DNA of 64,000 nucleotides from an uncultured Collinsella sp. (GCA_900544645.1 UQWG01000002.1:10715-74714), one strand, 5' to 3'. Counted from the stretch's first letter, positions 31,294 to 42,580 are shown. Translations and numbers: made by a program. Notes: generated by a model not told the origin, from the letters alone.

Positions 31294-31593
31294 CTACTCG
31301 CCATCCTCCAACTTAATGAGGATCTTGCGGTAGCCACCGTACTCGCCGTTCAGCGCCTTTGAAACGCGGCTCACCGTGGTGGACGAAGCGCCGGTACGGG
31401 CCTGAACCTCAACATAAGGCTCGCCCTCGTCCAAATAGCGCGCAACCTGCAAACGCTGAGAAAGGTCGCAAATCTCGCGCGGCGTGCAGATATCGGTCAA
31501 AAACGCTTGGATATCCTTCTCGTCGTCCAAAAGGCTAAATGCGTGGACCAGCTGCTTGACATCAGGCTTGTCAAACATGTTCTCGATATTCAT
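31294..31593 (-). CDS. YerC/YecD TrpR-like protein
   Basis: FLTDICTPREI..LSQRLQVA and TGASSTTVSRV motifs. Confidence 0.9.
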   Translation of the reverse strand: MNIENMFDKPDVKQLVHAFSLLDDEKDIQAFLTDICTPREICDLSQRLQVARYLDEGEPYVEVQARTGASSTTVSRVSKALNGEYGGYRKILIKLEDGE

Positions 31594-31917
31594 CGATCAC
31601 CGCCAAACCCGCCAAAAGGCATCGAAGTTGATACTGACATCGGGCATCGTTCGCCCGTTCTATGCAATAGGGCAACGCCTGTGGCTTTTGCCCGTAGCAG
31701 TGTAGCACACCACCAAACTAAAGCGACAAGACTCTCTGCCAGCGGCGCGTTTTTCAGGACGAACGCCGTTTAGAAACCATATGCGCACGTAAGCTCCACG
31801 AATATTTGAGACAATGGGCGCCCAAACACCGCGGCGCGCCCGCGCAACCATCCAGGTCGCCGCCGCAAGCCGCTTCACGCGACGCCAGCAACCCCGGCGC
31901 AAGAAAGGATTCACGCC

Positions 31918-32283
31918 ATGCGCTTTATGCTTAACTGGCTCTTCACCTCGATCGCCATCGCGATCGCCACGTTCCTCGTCCCCGGTATCCAACCCTTCGG
32001 CTTTGCCGAGGCTTGGGTCTGCTTTGCCTTCGTGGGACTGTTCCTCAACATCGTCGACTCGCTCGTCAAGCCGTTCCTGACGGTCATCTCGCTGCCGCTC
32101 ACTATTATCACGCTTGGTATTTTTCAGCTCGTAGTCAACAGCTTTATGCTCGAGCTGGCCAGCTACCTGTCGGTCAATCTGCTGGGCGCGGGTATCTCCA
32201 TTGCCGGCTTTGGATCGGCCTTTATGGGCAGCATCCTGGTATCCATCATGCGCAGCATTCTGGACAGCATCGCCGAGGGCTAA
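31918..32283 (+). CDS. YvlD/4-TMS 'phage holin family' membrane protein
   Basis: Four hydrophobic segments with VKPFLTVISLPLTIITLGIF motif; no phage context. Confidence 0.85.
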   Translation: MRFMLNWLFTSIAIAIATFLVPGIQPFGFAEAWVCFAFVGLFLNIVDSLVKPFLTVISLPLTIITLGIFQLVVNSFMLELASYLSVNLLGAGISIAGFGSAFMGSILVSIMRSILDSIAEG

Positions 32284-32323
32284 AACGGCCATTCCGGCCG
32301 TGCCCGTCTCAACAGCCTAAAAC

Positions 32324-32362
32324 GAAGGCCGCCCATCGCAAAAATGGGCGGCCTTCTTATTT
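32324..32362. terminator. Terminator between convergent genes
   Basis: GAAGGCCGCCCAT-cgcaaaa-ATGGGCGGCCTTC followed by TTATTT. Confidence 0.7.
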
Positions 32363-32424
32363 GTCAAGTCTCAAAGGACGAGAGAATCTACTATTTCTAC
32401 CCCGTCCCCAAATGCAGGTGTGGG

Positions 32425-32853
32425 TTAGATGACGTAGTCGTAGCCATGGTTGGGAGCGACAAGTTGATCGAGCGTCACACCGTCGAGGTAGTCGTTGATG
32501 AGCTTGTCCAGGTTCTTCCACACGTCGAGCGTGGGGCACTCGTCCGAACGCGAACAGCCCTTGCAGTCGCCGTCCAGGCATGCGACCGGCGCCAGGCTGC
32601 CCTCGGTCAGACGCAAGATCTCGCCCACCGTGTACTGCTCGGGCGGGCGCGTGAGCACGTAGCCGCCGCCCTTGCCACGCATACCCGAGAGCATGTTGGC
32701 ACGTACGAGCGTAGCCAAGATGTTCTCGAGATATTTCTCGGAAATCCCCTGTCGCGCCGCGATCTCTTTGAGCGGGATGCGACCGGCCGCCTGGTGCTCG
32801 GCCAGATCGACCATAACGCGCAGGGCATATCTGCCCTTAGTAGAAACCAACAT
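32425..32853 (-). CDS. Rrf2 family transcriptional regulator (CymR/IscR-like, three Cys)
   Basis: STKGRYALR, YLENIL, RGKGGGY and C-x4-C-x2-C-x5-C motifs; divergent from cysK. Confidence 0.92.
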   Translation of the reverse strand: MLVSTKGRYALRVMVDLAEHQAAGRIPLKEIAARQGISEKYLENILATLVRANMLSGMRGKGGGYVLTRPPEQYTVGEILRLTEGSLAPVACLDGDCKGCSRSDECPTLDVWKNLDKLINDYLDGVTLDQLVAPNHGYDYVI

Positions 32854-32966
32854 GTATAGTGCTGCCTTTCGGTCATTTTGTCCGTAGAAATTCTAGCCGA
32901 AAAATTGGTTTTGAAAATACCCATTCCCGTCAAGATGGTTAATCGACTCGTAATAATCTTCTATTT

Positions 32967-33040
32967 CCTATTGCGTTACTAGGCTTTAGTGTCTACTATG
33001 CTTGCCAACAGCAAAACGAACAACCTATACGGTTTGTGGG
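32967..33040. promoter_or_regulatory. Two putative Rrf2 operator sites (CCTA-N9-TRGG)
   Basis: CCTATTGCGTTACTAGG (32967..32983) and CCTATACGGTTTGTGGG (33024..33040) in the AT-rich divergent promoter region. Confidence 0.4.
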
Positions 33041-33106
33041 TTTCGCTGCTACACACACCGTAAAACCACACGGTATCCAGTCATTTGAACACTTTGGAGG
33101 TTCATC

Positions 33107-34045
<939 letters not shown>

Positions 34046-34226
34046 AGCTTCTCGTTCTTAGAACGAGTCCAAGGCACGCCGGTCTCCCCTCTCTTCTGGC
34101 AGCCTGAGCTCATCCCAACAGGGTGTCCCACAGGACGCCCGAACTTGCTACAATGTCTGCGGCGCGGAACCAGCCTCCCGCGCCGCTTTTCTTTTTTGGC
34201 CACATGCCACCAAGGAGAACCTCCCC

Positions 34227-35327
34227 ATGCACAATAAGCGCGTGCTCGTCGCCATGAGCGGCGGCGTCGATTCCAGCGTGACCGCGTATCTGCTCAAGCG
34301 CCAGGGCTATGAATGCGTCGGCGCCACCATGCGCCTCACCTGCCCCGCACCCGACCCCGCCACGGGCATGAATAAGGTCGACCGCGATATCGCCGATGCA
34401 AAGGCCGTCGCCGAGCGCCTGGGGATACCCCATCATGTGCTCGACCTGCAGCAGACGTTCGACCACAGCGTTATCGAGCGTTTTGTGACCGCCTACCAGA
34501 AGGGGCTGACGCCCAACCCGTGCATCATCTGCAACCGCCACATAAAGTTTGGCGCGTTGCTCGATGCGGCGCTGGACATGGGCTGCGACTACATCGCAAC
34601 GGGACATTACGCCAAAACAAGCCAGGCGGCAGACGGCACCTGGCAGCTCCATCGCGGCGAGGACCCCAAAAAGGACCAGAGTTACTTTTTGTATTCGCTT
34701 ACGCAGGAGCGCCTGGCGCACGCGATCTTTCCGCTGGCAGGCCTAGACAAAGAGCGCGACGTGCGCCGCATAGCCGCCGAACAGGGCTTTACCAACGCCC
34801 AGAAGGCCGAAAGCGAGGACATCTGCTTTATTCCAGACGGTGACTACGCGGGCTATATCGAGCGCCGCTGCGGACATCCCGCTGCACCGGGCGACATTGT
34901 GTGGCGCGACGGCAGCGTGGTCGGGCACCACAACGGCGCGCTGCGTTATACCATCGGCCAGCGCAAGGGCCTGGGCGTCGCGATGGCGCATCCCGTGTAT
35001 GTGACGGGCGTCGACGCCGCCAACAACACTGTGCATCTGGGCGAGGCCGAGGACCTGACGGCCACAGCGCTCACGGCCAACGACTGGATCTGGAGCGCCC
35101 CTGCCGACCGCATGGAGGCAGAGCTCACGTCCGGCGGCATTCACGTGGGCGCCAAGTACCGCTATCGTCAGAAAGACCAGGCAGCGACCCTTGCGCGCGG
35201 CGAAGACGGGCAAATGCTGCTAACTTTTGACGACCCGCAGCGCGCCATCGCCCCCGGCCAGGCAGTCGTCGTCTACCGCGGCGACATCGTCTTGGGCGGC
35301 GGTACCGTGACCGGCGCCATCAAGTAG
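34227..35327 (+). CDS. mnmA: tRNA 2-thiouridylase MnmA
   Basis: AMSGGVDSS, TPNPCIICN, ATGHYA, KDQSYFL, TIGQRKGLG and PGQ motifs. Confidence 0.97.
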   Translation: MHNKRVLVAMSGGVDSSVTAYLLKRQGYECVGATMRLTCPAPDPATGMNKVDRDIADAKAVAERLGIPHHVLDLQQTFDHSVIERFVTAYQKGLTPNPCIICNRHIKFGALLDAALDMGCDYIATGHYAKTSQAADGTWQLHRGEDPKKDQSYFLYSLTQERLAHAIFPLAGLDKERDVRRIAAEQGFTNAQKAESEDICFIPDGDYAGYIERRCGHPAAPGDIVWRDGSVVGHHNGALRYTIGQRKGLGVAMAHPVYVTGVDAANNTVHLGEAEDLTATALTANDWIWSAPADRMEAELTSGGIHVGAKYRYRQKDQAATLARGEDGQMLLTFDDPQRAIAPGQAVVVYRGDIVLGGGTVTGAIK

Positions 35328-35341
35328 CCCCATCCCCTTCA

Positions 35342-35412
35342 TAAGTTGCGATGAAATAGGGACTGTTTAAGCATTTAAAACCGCCAAACAGTCCCTATTT
35401 CACCGCAACTTA
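35342..35412. repeat. REP-like palindrome, family B copy 2
   Basis: TAAGTTGCGATGAAATAGGGACTGTTT-N17-AAACAGTCCCTATTTCACCGCAACTTA; same 63-bp TTGCG..CGCAA span as 24315..24377. Confidence 0.8.
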
Positions 35413-35463
35413 GAGAGGACGGCCTCGGTCGGTACTGCTGTGCCAGCCGAGGCCGCTGCATCG

Positions 35464-36483
35464 TTAGCGCTGCACGTAGGCGCGAACCAGTTCAAAGGTG
35501 TTGCGCACGCCGTCGATGTGGCTGCGCTCGTAGTTGTGGCTCGCGTACACACCGGGGCCGATCAGGCCGTGACGGATGTCGTAGCCGGCAGAAAGCGTGG
35601 CCTCAACGTCCGAGCCGTAATGCGGGTACACGTCGATGGCGTAATCGAGCTCGAGCTCGCGCGCGATGTTGGACAGCGTGGTCACCAGGTCGTAGTTGTA
35701 GGGGCCACCCGAATCCTTAGCGCAAATCGAAACCATGCGCTCGGTGCAGCCCAGGTCGTCACCTACGCAGCCCATGTCCACGCTGATCATCTCGCGCGTG
35801 TCAGCCGGCACAAAGGCACCGCCGTGGCCGACCTCCTCGTACACCGTAAAGAGCAGCGAAACCTTGCGCGAAAGGGTCACCTCGCCGTCAGCAACGGCAC
35901 GGGCCAGACCCAGCAGAATCGACGCCGACAGCTTGTCATCCAGGAAGCGGCTCTTAATGTAGCCGCTCTCCGTCACCGTGGTACGCGGATCCATAGCGAT
36001 GATGTCGCCAGTCTGAATACCCAGCTCGAGCACATCGTCCTTGCTGTCGACGTTCTCGTCGAGCAGGATCTCCATGTTCTTCTCGATGGTCTTGACCGGC
36101 TCATCGGCCACATGCGCCGAAGGCTCGGTATTGAGGACCACACCCGTGTAGACATTGCCATCGCGCGTATAAACGGTGCAGTTCTCGCCATCGGCCGTGG
36201 ACCACTGGTGCCCACCGAGGGTCGTGGGGCGCAGGCGACCATTGTCCTTAATGGAGCGCACCATGGCACCCAGGGTATCGACATGGCTCGCCAACACGAG
36301 CGGCTCACCCTCACCACCAAGCTCAACGAGCACATTGCCCTTGTTAGAACGCTCGGGCCCAAAGCCCATATCGCGCAACGTTTCCATCAGATAGTCTGTC
36401 GCCGCACGGGTATAGCCCGTAGGCGAAGCAATCGAGGTAAGTGCCTTCAACTGGTCAGTAATATAGGAGAGCGTAGAATCCAT
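35464..36483 (-). CDS. M42 family metallo-aminopeptidase
   Basis: SPTG, SHVDTLG, SRFLDDK, EEVG, KDS.GPY and HNYER motifs; alternative GTG start at 36492. Confidence 0.92.
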   Translation of the reverse strand: MDSTLSYITDQLKALTSIASPTGYTRAATDYLMETLRDMGFGPERSNKGNVLVELGGEGEPLVLASHVDTLGAMVRSIKDNGRLRPTTLGGHQWSTADGENCTVYTRDGNVYTGVVLNTEPSAHVADEPVKTIEKNMEILLDENVDSKDDVLELGIQTGDIIAMDPRTTVTESGYIKSRFLDDKLSASILLGLARAVADGEVTLSRKVSLLFTVYEEVGHGGAFVPADTREMISVDMGCVGDDLGCTERMVSICAKDSGGPYNYDLVTTLSNIARELELDYAIDVYPHYGSDVEATLSAGYDIRHGLIGPGVYASHNYERSHIDGVRNTFELVRAYVQR

Positions 36484-36612
36484 CTTGGACACCAAAGTCA
36501 CCCTTTCATATCGAATTAAACCCACAGCAACAATACCACCGCGAACCATCATTTTACCTAGCGAGATGGCCCGTCGAGCTCCCCAGAGCTGCGCCCGCCA
36601 CGATAACGAGCC

Positions 36613-36741
36613 GGCGGGCCCCTGCCCGTTAGCCCCACAATCTTTCCGCAGGACGGAGGAAGCCCCCGCCGCACGAAGTGCGCAGCGGGGGCTTCCGACA
36701 TGTCCGAGGACGATTGTGGGGCTAGCGGGCAGGGGCCCGCC
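36613..36741. repeat. 129-bp long imperfect palindrome (MITE/ERIC-like)
   Basis: 30-bp outer arms match at 29/30, plus an inner GGAAGCCCCCGC/GCGGGGGCTTCC stem. Confidence 0.8.
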
Positions 36742-36749
36742 GAACCAAG

Positions 36750-37916
36750 TTAGGCAGCCGGGCAGATCTTCTTGAAGAGCTCGATGACGTCGTCGAGCGT
36801 CGCCTCGCGCGGGTTACCCGGGAAGCAAGCGTCGGCCATGGCGTCCTTGGCCAGGACCTCGATCTCGTCGGCCTTCATGGCCTCGCAGACGTGCGGGATA
36901 TTCACGTCGGCGGAAAGCTGCTTGACGGCGGCGATAGCGGCGTCGGCAGCCTCGTCGGTGCTCATGCCCGTGGTGTCAACGCCCATGGCAACGGCGACCT
37001 TGGCCAGGCGCTCGGCGCAAACCGGCTTGTTGAACTCCATGGCGATCGGCAGCAGCATGGCGCAGGCGACGCCGTGCGGGGTGTCGTAATGAGCGGACAG
37101 GGTGTGAGCCATTGCATGGTCGATACCCAGGCCGACATTGGAGAAGCCCATGCCGGCGACATACTGGCCAAGGGCCATGCCCTCACGGCCGGAGCCGGGC
37201 TGGCCGGACTTGGCCTCGGCGACAGAGTCGCGCAGGTTCTCGCTGATCAGCTTAATAGCCTCAAAGTGGAACATGTCGGAGAGCTCCCAAGCGCCCTTGG
37301 TGGTATAGCCCTCGATGGCGTGGGTCAGAGCGTCCATGCCGGTGGAGGCGGTCAGGCCGGCGGGCATGGAAGCCATCATGTCGGGGTCGACGACGGCGAC
37401 CTCGGGGGCGTCGTTGGTGTCGACGCACACGAACTTGCGGACCTTCTCGGGGTCGGTGATGACGTAGTTGATGGTCACCTCGGCAGCGGTACCGGCGGTC
37501 GTCGGCACAGCGATGGTGAACACGGCGTGGTTCTTAGTGGGAGCAACGCCCTCGAGGCTGCGGACATCGGCGAACTCGGGGTTGTTGATGATGATGCCAA
37601 TGGCCTTAGCGGTGTCCATGGAGGAGCCGCCACCGATGGTCACGATAGCGTCAGCCTCGGCGGCCTTGAAGGCCTCGACGCCGTCCTTGACGTTCTGGAT
37701 AGTGGGGTTGGGCTTGATCTCGGAGTAGAGGCTCCAAGCGATGCCGGCAGCGTCGAGCTCGTCGGTCACCTTAGCGGTAACGCCGAACTTGACCAGATCG
37801 GGGTCGGAACAGACGAAGATCTTCTTGTAGCCGCGACGCTGGAGCTCGCCGGGGATCTCCTTGATGGCGCCGGAACCATGATAAGAAATGGTGTTGAGAA
37901 CGAAACGATTAGCCAT
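36750..37916 (-). CDS. fucO: Lactaldehyde reductase (iron-containing alcohol dehydrogenase)
   Basis: MANRFVLN start, GGGSSMDTAK, PTTAGT, DALTHAIE, H.MAH and HG motifs. Confidence 0.9.
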   Translation of the reverse strand: MANRFVLNTISYHGSGAIKEIPGELQRRGYKKIFVCSDPDLVKFGVTAKVTDELDAAGIAWSLYSEIKPNPTIQNVKDGVEAFKAAEADAIVTIGGGSSMDTAKAIGIIINNPEFADVRSLEGVAPTKNHAVFTIAVPTTAGTAAEVTINYVITDPEKVRKFVCVDTNDAPEVAVVDPDMMASMPAGLTASTGMDALTHAIEGYTTKGAWELSDMFHFEAIKLISENLRDSVAEAKSGQPGSGREGMALGQYVAGMGFSNVGLGIDHAMAHTLSAHYDTPHGVACAMLLPIAMEFNKPVCAERLAKVAVAMGVDTTGMSTDEAADAAIAAVKQLSADVNIPHVCEAMKADEIEVLAKDAMADACFPGNPREATLDDVIELFKKICPAA

Positions 37917-38081
37917 TGATAGCCTCCCATCGTGTGCGGGGCACCCATTACGCCCCACGCTATGAGTCCCATCCTAACGCTTTTGAAACAAAAAACGCGT
38001 GAGAACGTCAAATTTGTTAAAGCGTTTCAACAGGTGATGAAAAACATTGCGGCAAAGGGACAGCCCCTTTGCCGCATTCGG

Positions 38082-38798
38082 TTACTTTCGACAGCCCTCT
38101 TTCCAAGCCTCGGCCGCAACCTTCCAGCGTAAGCGCAAGTCGCGCTCGCGGTCGATGAACATGATGGCAAACGCGACAAACAGCAGCAAGCTCGCCACGA
38201 CGATGGCGTGCAGGCCCATGCGCTCAATACACCAGTTGCCCAACACGGCGCCAAACACAAAGGTAAAGATCACGCCAAAGTACAGCAGGCCGTTTTCCAA
38301 AAAGCCGCGCCTGTGGGTGATGATGTAATCGTCCACGTTTTGCAGCGCGTTGCGCAAGTTGCCGATGCACATGGTCGTAGCGATGCCATGACCGTGAATC
38401 TTGCGGAAGCTCTCGACCTGCATGCCGCAGGCAAACGAAGTGAGGCAGTTGGCGAGCAGGTTGTAACCGCCACCGGGGATAAAGCTCACGCCCAGCAAGA
38501 TGACGGCTTCAAAGAACACCGTCACCTGGCGCCAATGAATCACACTGCCAAACCGTTCGTGTACCAGGTCGGCAAGCATAATGCCCACGGCAAACGACAC
38601 CACAGGGAAGAAGTAGCGCCCCGCAAGTGCCCAATTGCCCTCCGAGATGCTCACGCCCACCAGCAAGATGTTGCCCGTCTGCGCGTTAGCGAAAACATGG
38701 TCGCGCCCAATGTACGAATAAACGTCCATAAAGCCACCGGCGAGCGCCAAGATGATGCCCAGCTCAATAGACTCCGATATCTGTTTGGCACGCTGCAT
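38082..38798 (-). CDS. YoaK/DUF1275 family membrane protein
   Basis: GGFMDVYSY, FANAQTGN, GMQ and TTMCIGN motifs. Confidence 0.9.
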   Translation of the reverse strand: MQRAKQISESIELGIILALAGGFMDVYSYIGRDHVFANAQTGNILLVGVSISEGNWALAGRYFFPVVSFAVGIMLADLVHERFGSVIHWRQVTVFFEAVILLGVSFIPGGGYNLLANCLTSFACGMQVESFRKIHGHGIATTMCIGNLRNALQNVDDYIITHRRGFLENGLLYFGVIFTFVFGAVLGNWCIERMGLHAIVVASLLLFVAFAIMFIDRERDLRLRWKVAAEAWKEGCRK

Positions 38799-39051
38799 CG
38801 TCGTGCATCCTCCTTGTTGACGACCCTCTCGTGCGTTGGCGGAAACATAACCGCCGTTCATACTGTAACCCATTGACAACATGGCGTGCGCGCGAGACGG
38901 CCCCTTCGACACGGGGATACACAGTCTGGAAACAAACGGCACCCGCATCGACACGCCGATCCGCCAGCCCATGTACTCCACCAGTCTTTTTAGCCCCGTC
39001 CCAAAAAGACTGGTTACAATTACGTGCAGCATACAGACACCGGGAGGGATC

Positions 39052-41193
39052 GTGGCAAAAAAGCCTCAGCACGCTCAGAACAGCCAACGCAGTCAGCAGG
39101 GCAAACAGGGCCAGCAGCAAAAGCGCGGCGGCAAGGCCCAGGGCGGCCACGCCGCTCATACCCCGGCAGCGCCCGCCCGTCCCTGGCGCCCGGGCCGCGA
39201 TAAGTTCCTCCCCGTCAGCCGCGCCGATATGGATGCGCGCGGCTGGGACCAGTGCGACTTTGTCTACATCTGCGGCGATGCCTACGTGGACCATCCCAGC
39301 TTTGGCATGGCCATCATCAGCCGCGTACTCGACGCGCACGGCTACAAGGTGGGCATCATCTGCCAGCCCGACTGGACCGACCCCGCCAGCATTACCGCGC
39401 TCGGCGAGCCGCGCCTAGGCTTTCTCGTCAGTGCCGGTAACATGGACTCCATGGTCAACCACTATTCGGTGACCAAGCACCGCCGCCACACCGACGCCTA
39501 TACCCCCGGTGGCGAGGAGGGGCGCCGTCCCAATCGCGCCGTCACGGTCTACGGCAACCTCATCCGCCAGACGTTTAAGGACACCCCCATCATTATCGGC
39601 GGCATCGAGGCGAGCCTGCGCCGTCTGGCCCACTACGACTACTGGCAGGACAAGCTCAAGCGCTCGGTACTGCTCGACTCGGGCGCCGACATCCTCATCT
39701 ACGGCATGGGCGAGCACGCGATCGTCGAGATCGCCGACGCGCTCGACGCGGGGCTGCCCGTCGATCAGATCACCTATATCAATGGCACCGTCTACCGCAC
39801 CAGCTCGCTCGACGAGGTCTACGACTACGACCTGCTGCCCAGCTGGGACGACCTTGCCGCCGACAAGCTCAACTACGCGCGCAGCTTTAACGTCCAGCAG
39901 CAGAACATGGACCCCATCACCGGGCATCGTCTGGTAGAGCCCTACCCCAACAACGTCTATGTGGTGCAAAACCCGCCGTCGACGACGCTCACCACCGACG
40001 AGATGGACGAGGTGGCCGAGCTCCCCTACGCACGCGATTGGCATCCCGACTACGACGCGGCGGGCGGCGTGCCGGCCTTTGCCGAGATCAAGTTTTCCAT
40101 AAGCTCCAACCGCGGCTGTTTTGGCGAGTGCTCGTTTTGCGCCCTCACCTTCCACCAGGGCCGCGTGTTGCAGATGCGCAGCCACGACTCGATCATGCGC
40201 GAGGCCGAGCTGCTCACGCGCGATCCCGAGTTTAAGGGCTACATCAACGACGTGGGCGGACCGACGGCCAACTTTAGCCGCCCGGCCTGCGACAAGCAGC
40301 TCAAACACGGCGTGTGCAAGAACAAGCGCTGCCTATGGCCGAGCGTGTGCAAGAACATGGTGGTCGACGAGAGCGGCTACACGCAGCTGCTGCGCGACCT
40401 GCGCCAGCTGCCGGGCGTCAAGAAGGTCTTCGTCCGCAGCGGCATCCGTTTTGACTACACTATGGCCGATGCCTCGGACGAGTTTTTGCGCGAGCTGTTG
40501 GAGCACCATGTCTCGGGCCAGCTACGCGTGGCGCCCGAGCATGTGAGCGACGCGGTGCTCTCCGTGATGGGCAAGCCGAGCCGCGCCGTCTACGATGCGT
40601 TCTGTCGCAAATTTGAGCGCCTGAACCGCGAGTACGGACTCAAGCAGTACGTGGTGCCGTATCTGATCTCGAGCCACCCCGGCTCGACGATGAAGGAAGC
40701 CGTGGACCTTGCCGAGGCCGTGCGCGACATGGGCTACATGCCCGAGCAGGTGCAGGACTTCTACCCTACGCCGTCCACCATGTCGACCTGCATGTACTAC
40801 ACCGGCGTGGACCCGCGCACCATGGAGCCGATCTACGTGGCGCGCGACCCGCACGAGAAGGCCATGCAACGCGCGCTCATCCAGTATCGCAAGCCCGAGA
40901 ACTACAAGCTGGTACGTGAGGCGCTGGAGAAGGCCGGCCGCCGCGATCTGATCGGCTACACCAAGCATTGCCTGATCCGTCCCGTGCCGCCGCGACCGGG
41001 CGAGACGTCTGCTGGCGGCGGACATGGCGCCGGCAATAAGGGCGGCAAGGCCCACGGTGGCGCTGGCGGCGCCGGCAAGGGGCCTAAGGGCAGCAAGGGT
41101 CACGGCGGCATGTCGCGCGCGCAGAACACTGCCGGCCGCAACCGCGCGGCCCAGGGACGGCAGGGCGCCAACGGAGGCGGCAGGCGCAACTAA
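39052..41193 (+). CDS. YgiQ family radical SAM protein
   Basis: GDAYVDHPSFG, CFGECSFC (CxxxCxxC) and QVQDFYPTP motifs; GTG start after GGAGG. Confidence 0.93.
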   Translation: MAKKPQHAQNSQRSQQGKQGQQQKRGGKAQGGHAAHTPAAPARPWRPGRDKFLPVSRADMDARGWDQCDFVYICGDAYVDHPSFGMAIISRVLDAHGYKVGIICQPDWTDPASITALGEPRLGFLVSAGNMDSMVNHYSVTKHRRHTDAYTPGGEEGRRPNRAVTVYGNLIRQTFKDTPIIIGGIEASLRRLAHYDYWQDKLKRSVLLDSGADILIYGMGEHAIVEIADALDAGLPVDQITYINGTVYRTSSLDEVYDYDLLPSWDDLAADKLNYARSFNVQQQNMDPITGHRLVEPYPNNVYVVQNPPSTTLTTDEMDEVAELPYARDWHPDYDAAGGVPAFAEIKFSISSNRGCFGECSFCALTFHQGRVLQMRSHDSIMREAELLTRDPEFKGYINDVGGPTANFSRPACDKQLKHGVCKNKRCLWPSVCKNMVVDESGYTQLLRDLRQLPGVKKVFVRSGIRFDYTMADASDEFLRELLEHHVSGQLRVAPEHVSDAVLSVMGKPSRAVYDAFCRKFERLNREYGLKQYVVPYLISSHPGSTMKEAVDLAEAVRDMGYMPEQVQDFYPTPSTMSTCMYYTGVDPRTMEPIYVARDPHEKAMQRALIQYRKPENYKLVREALEKAGRRDLIGYTKHCLIRPVPPRPGETSAGGGHGAGNKGGKAHGGAGGAGKGPKGSKGHGGMSRAQNTAGRNRAAQGRQGANGGGRRN

Positions 41194-42101
41194 GGCAGCG
41201 GTGCCGTCGCTATGTCCGTCTCGCATGCGTGGCGCAGTGAGCGCATCGCCTCCACGAGGATGATGCCGGCGATGGCAACCGTGACCGCCACGTCGAGCGG
41301 CGTGTTCACAAACCAGAGCATCGTCATGAGATACGACCCGGCATTAAAGGCAAAGTGCAGCAGAATCGTGTAGCGGAGCTTTCCGGTGGTCACGAGTACC
41401 CAGCCAAAGATGAGGCCGGCGGCACCCGCATAGCAGCCCTGTACCCAATTCATGTGCATAAAGCCGAAGATTGCCGCCTGCAGCACAATCGCCGCGGCGA
41501 TACCCCAGGTACTCGGGGCCGCCCAGGGCACCATGGCGCCGTCTTGCGGTCGCACGAGACGTCGGCGCTTCCAAAGTGGGCGACACTGCGGGTTAAACGC
41601 TCGGAGCGAAAACTCAAAAATGATGCCGCGCACCAGCAGCTCCTCGCAAAACGGAGCGCCGAGCACCGTAGTCAGGACGGCGAGATAGCTGGTGTCGCCC
41701 ATGCCTGTTTCCTCGACAAGTTCACTGTAATCGGCCGCGACCTCGGGCAACAATGACAGTACGGCGTCGGTCACGTAGCCAACGACCACCTGCAGTGCCA
41801 AGCCGATCACGATAACGCAGGCAATGCGCTTCCACGCGCTACGCACTCCCCCGCCAAGCGGATGTTCGCTTTGCCGGCGTGCCATAAACGAACGCGGCCA
41901 CAGATAGCGCCACCACAGCAACGCCATCAAAAACGATGCCGTCTGAGCGGCAGCCTGGAACCATTGGATATCGAGATTGTCGATCGGATAGCCCGTCAGC
42001 ACCGACACGGCATCGAGAGCAGAAAACAGAACCACGCTCAGGGCTATATCGGCAGCGACAACGCCAAAACAGGCAAGCGCCCAAATCATCGCATTGAGCA
42101 T
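41190..42101 (-). CDS. CPBP (CAAX/Abi) family intramembrane metalloprotease
   Basis: EELLVRG, FGFMH and H..FN motifs with multiple TM segments. Confidence 0.9.
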   Translation of the reverse strand: MLNAMIWALACFGVVAADIALSVVLFSALDAVSVLTGYPIDNLDIQWFQAAAQTASFLMALLWWRYLWPRSFMARRQSEHPLGGGVRSAWKRIACVIVIGLALQVVVGYVTDAVLSLLPEVAADYSELVEETGMGDTSYLAVLTTVLGAPFCEELLVRGIIFEFSLRAFNPQCRPLWKRRRLVRPQDGAMVPWAAPSTWGIAAAIVLQAAIFGFMHMNWVQGCYAGAAGLIFGWVLVTTGKLRYTILLHFAFNAGSYLMTMLWFVNTPLDVAVTVAIAGIILVEAMRSLRHACETDIATAPLP

Positions 42102-42152
42102 GCCAACCTCCTCAAAACCGTTCCCCAGTTCTACCACAACTCGGCAGAGAGC

Positions 42153-42183
42153 TGATCCCATGGGGACGGAGGAAAACGGATCA
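42153..42183 (+). repeat. Family C repeat GATCCCATGGGGACGGAGGAAAACGGATCA, copy 1
   Basis: Near-identical to 42551..42580 and to the arms at 48909..48971. Confidence 0.8.
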
Positions 42184-42184
42184 C

Positions 42185-42385
42185 TTATTGATGAGAATCG
42201 GGCGCAGTGCCAAAGGCCCCGCTGGGAGAAATGTCGAACGGAAAGGTGCCGCAGCGATTGAAGGCGGCGATGAACATGCGGATGGCGTTGGACGGCGTGG
42301 TGCCTACGAGTTGGGTTGCCGCCGCGAAGGCCGCCTTTTCCTCGGGCAAGACCTTCGCGACAACCGGGGTCATGTGTTCTGCCAT
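42185..42385 (-). CDS. RelB/DinJ-like ribbon-helix-helix antitoxin, orphan
   Basis: 66 aa, V.AKV..EEKAAF...GTTPSNAIRMFI....G.FPF pattern typical of RelB/DinJ; AAGGA RBS. Confidence 0.7.
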   Translation of the reverse strand: MAEHMTPVVAKVLPEEKAAFAAATQLVGTTPSNAIRMFIAAFNRCGTFPFDISPSGAFGTAPDSHQ

Positions 42386-42550
42386 GGCGCTTCCTTTTTG
42401 AAACGACGGTGGTGCGGATAGATGCGGGCCACGCGGCTGGGCGACGGGCTGTGAAGGCAACCCGATTGGCCCGCATCCGGAGTTTGTTTCTGCGGCGTTG
42501 GTATTACTTGGTATTCCTAAGTATTACCCCGCAGATAGAATACCACACCC

Positions 42551-42580
42551 GACCCCATGGGGACGGAGGAAAACGAATCA
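42551..42580 (+). repeat. Family C repeat, copy 2
   Basis: GACCCCATGGGGACGGAGGAAAACGAATCA, 28/30 identical to copy 1. Confidence 0.8.

Noticed and set aside
31918..32283. Holin-family gene as evidence of a prophage
   Set aside because: No phage genes nearby; this family is common in chromosomal contexts.
38012..38032. Rex or cre-like site upstream of fucO (TTGTTAAAGCGTTTCAACA)
   Set aside because: Only a partial match to either consensus, so it cannot be assigned.
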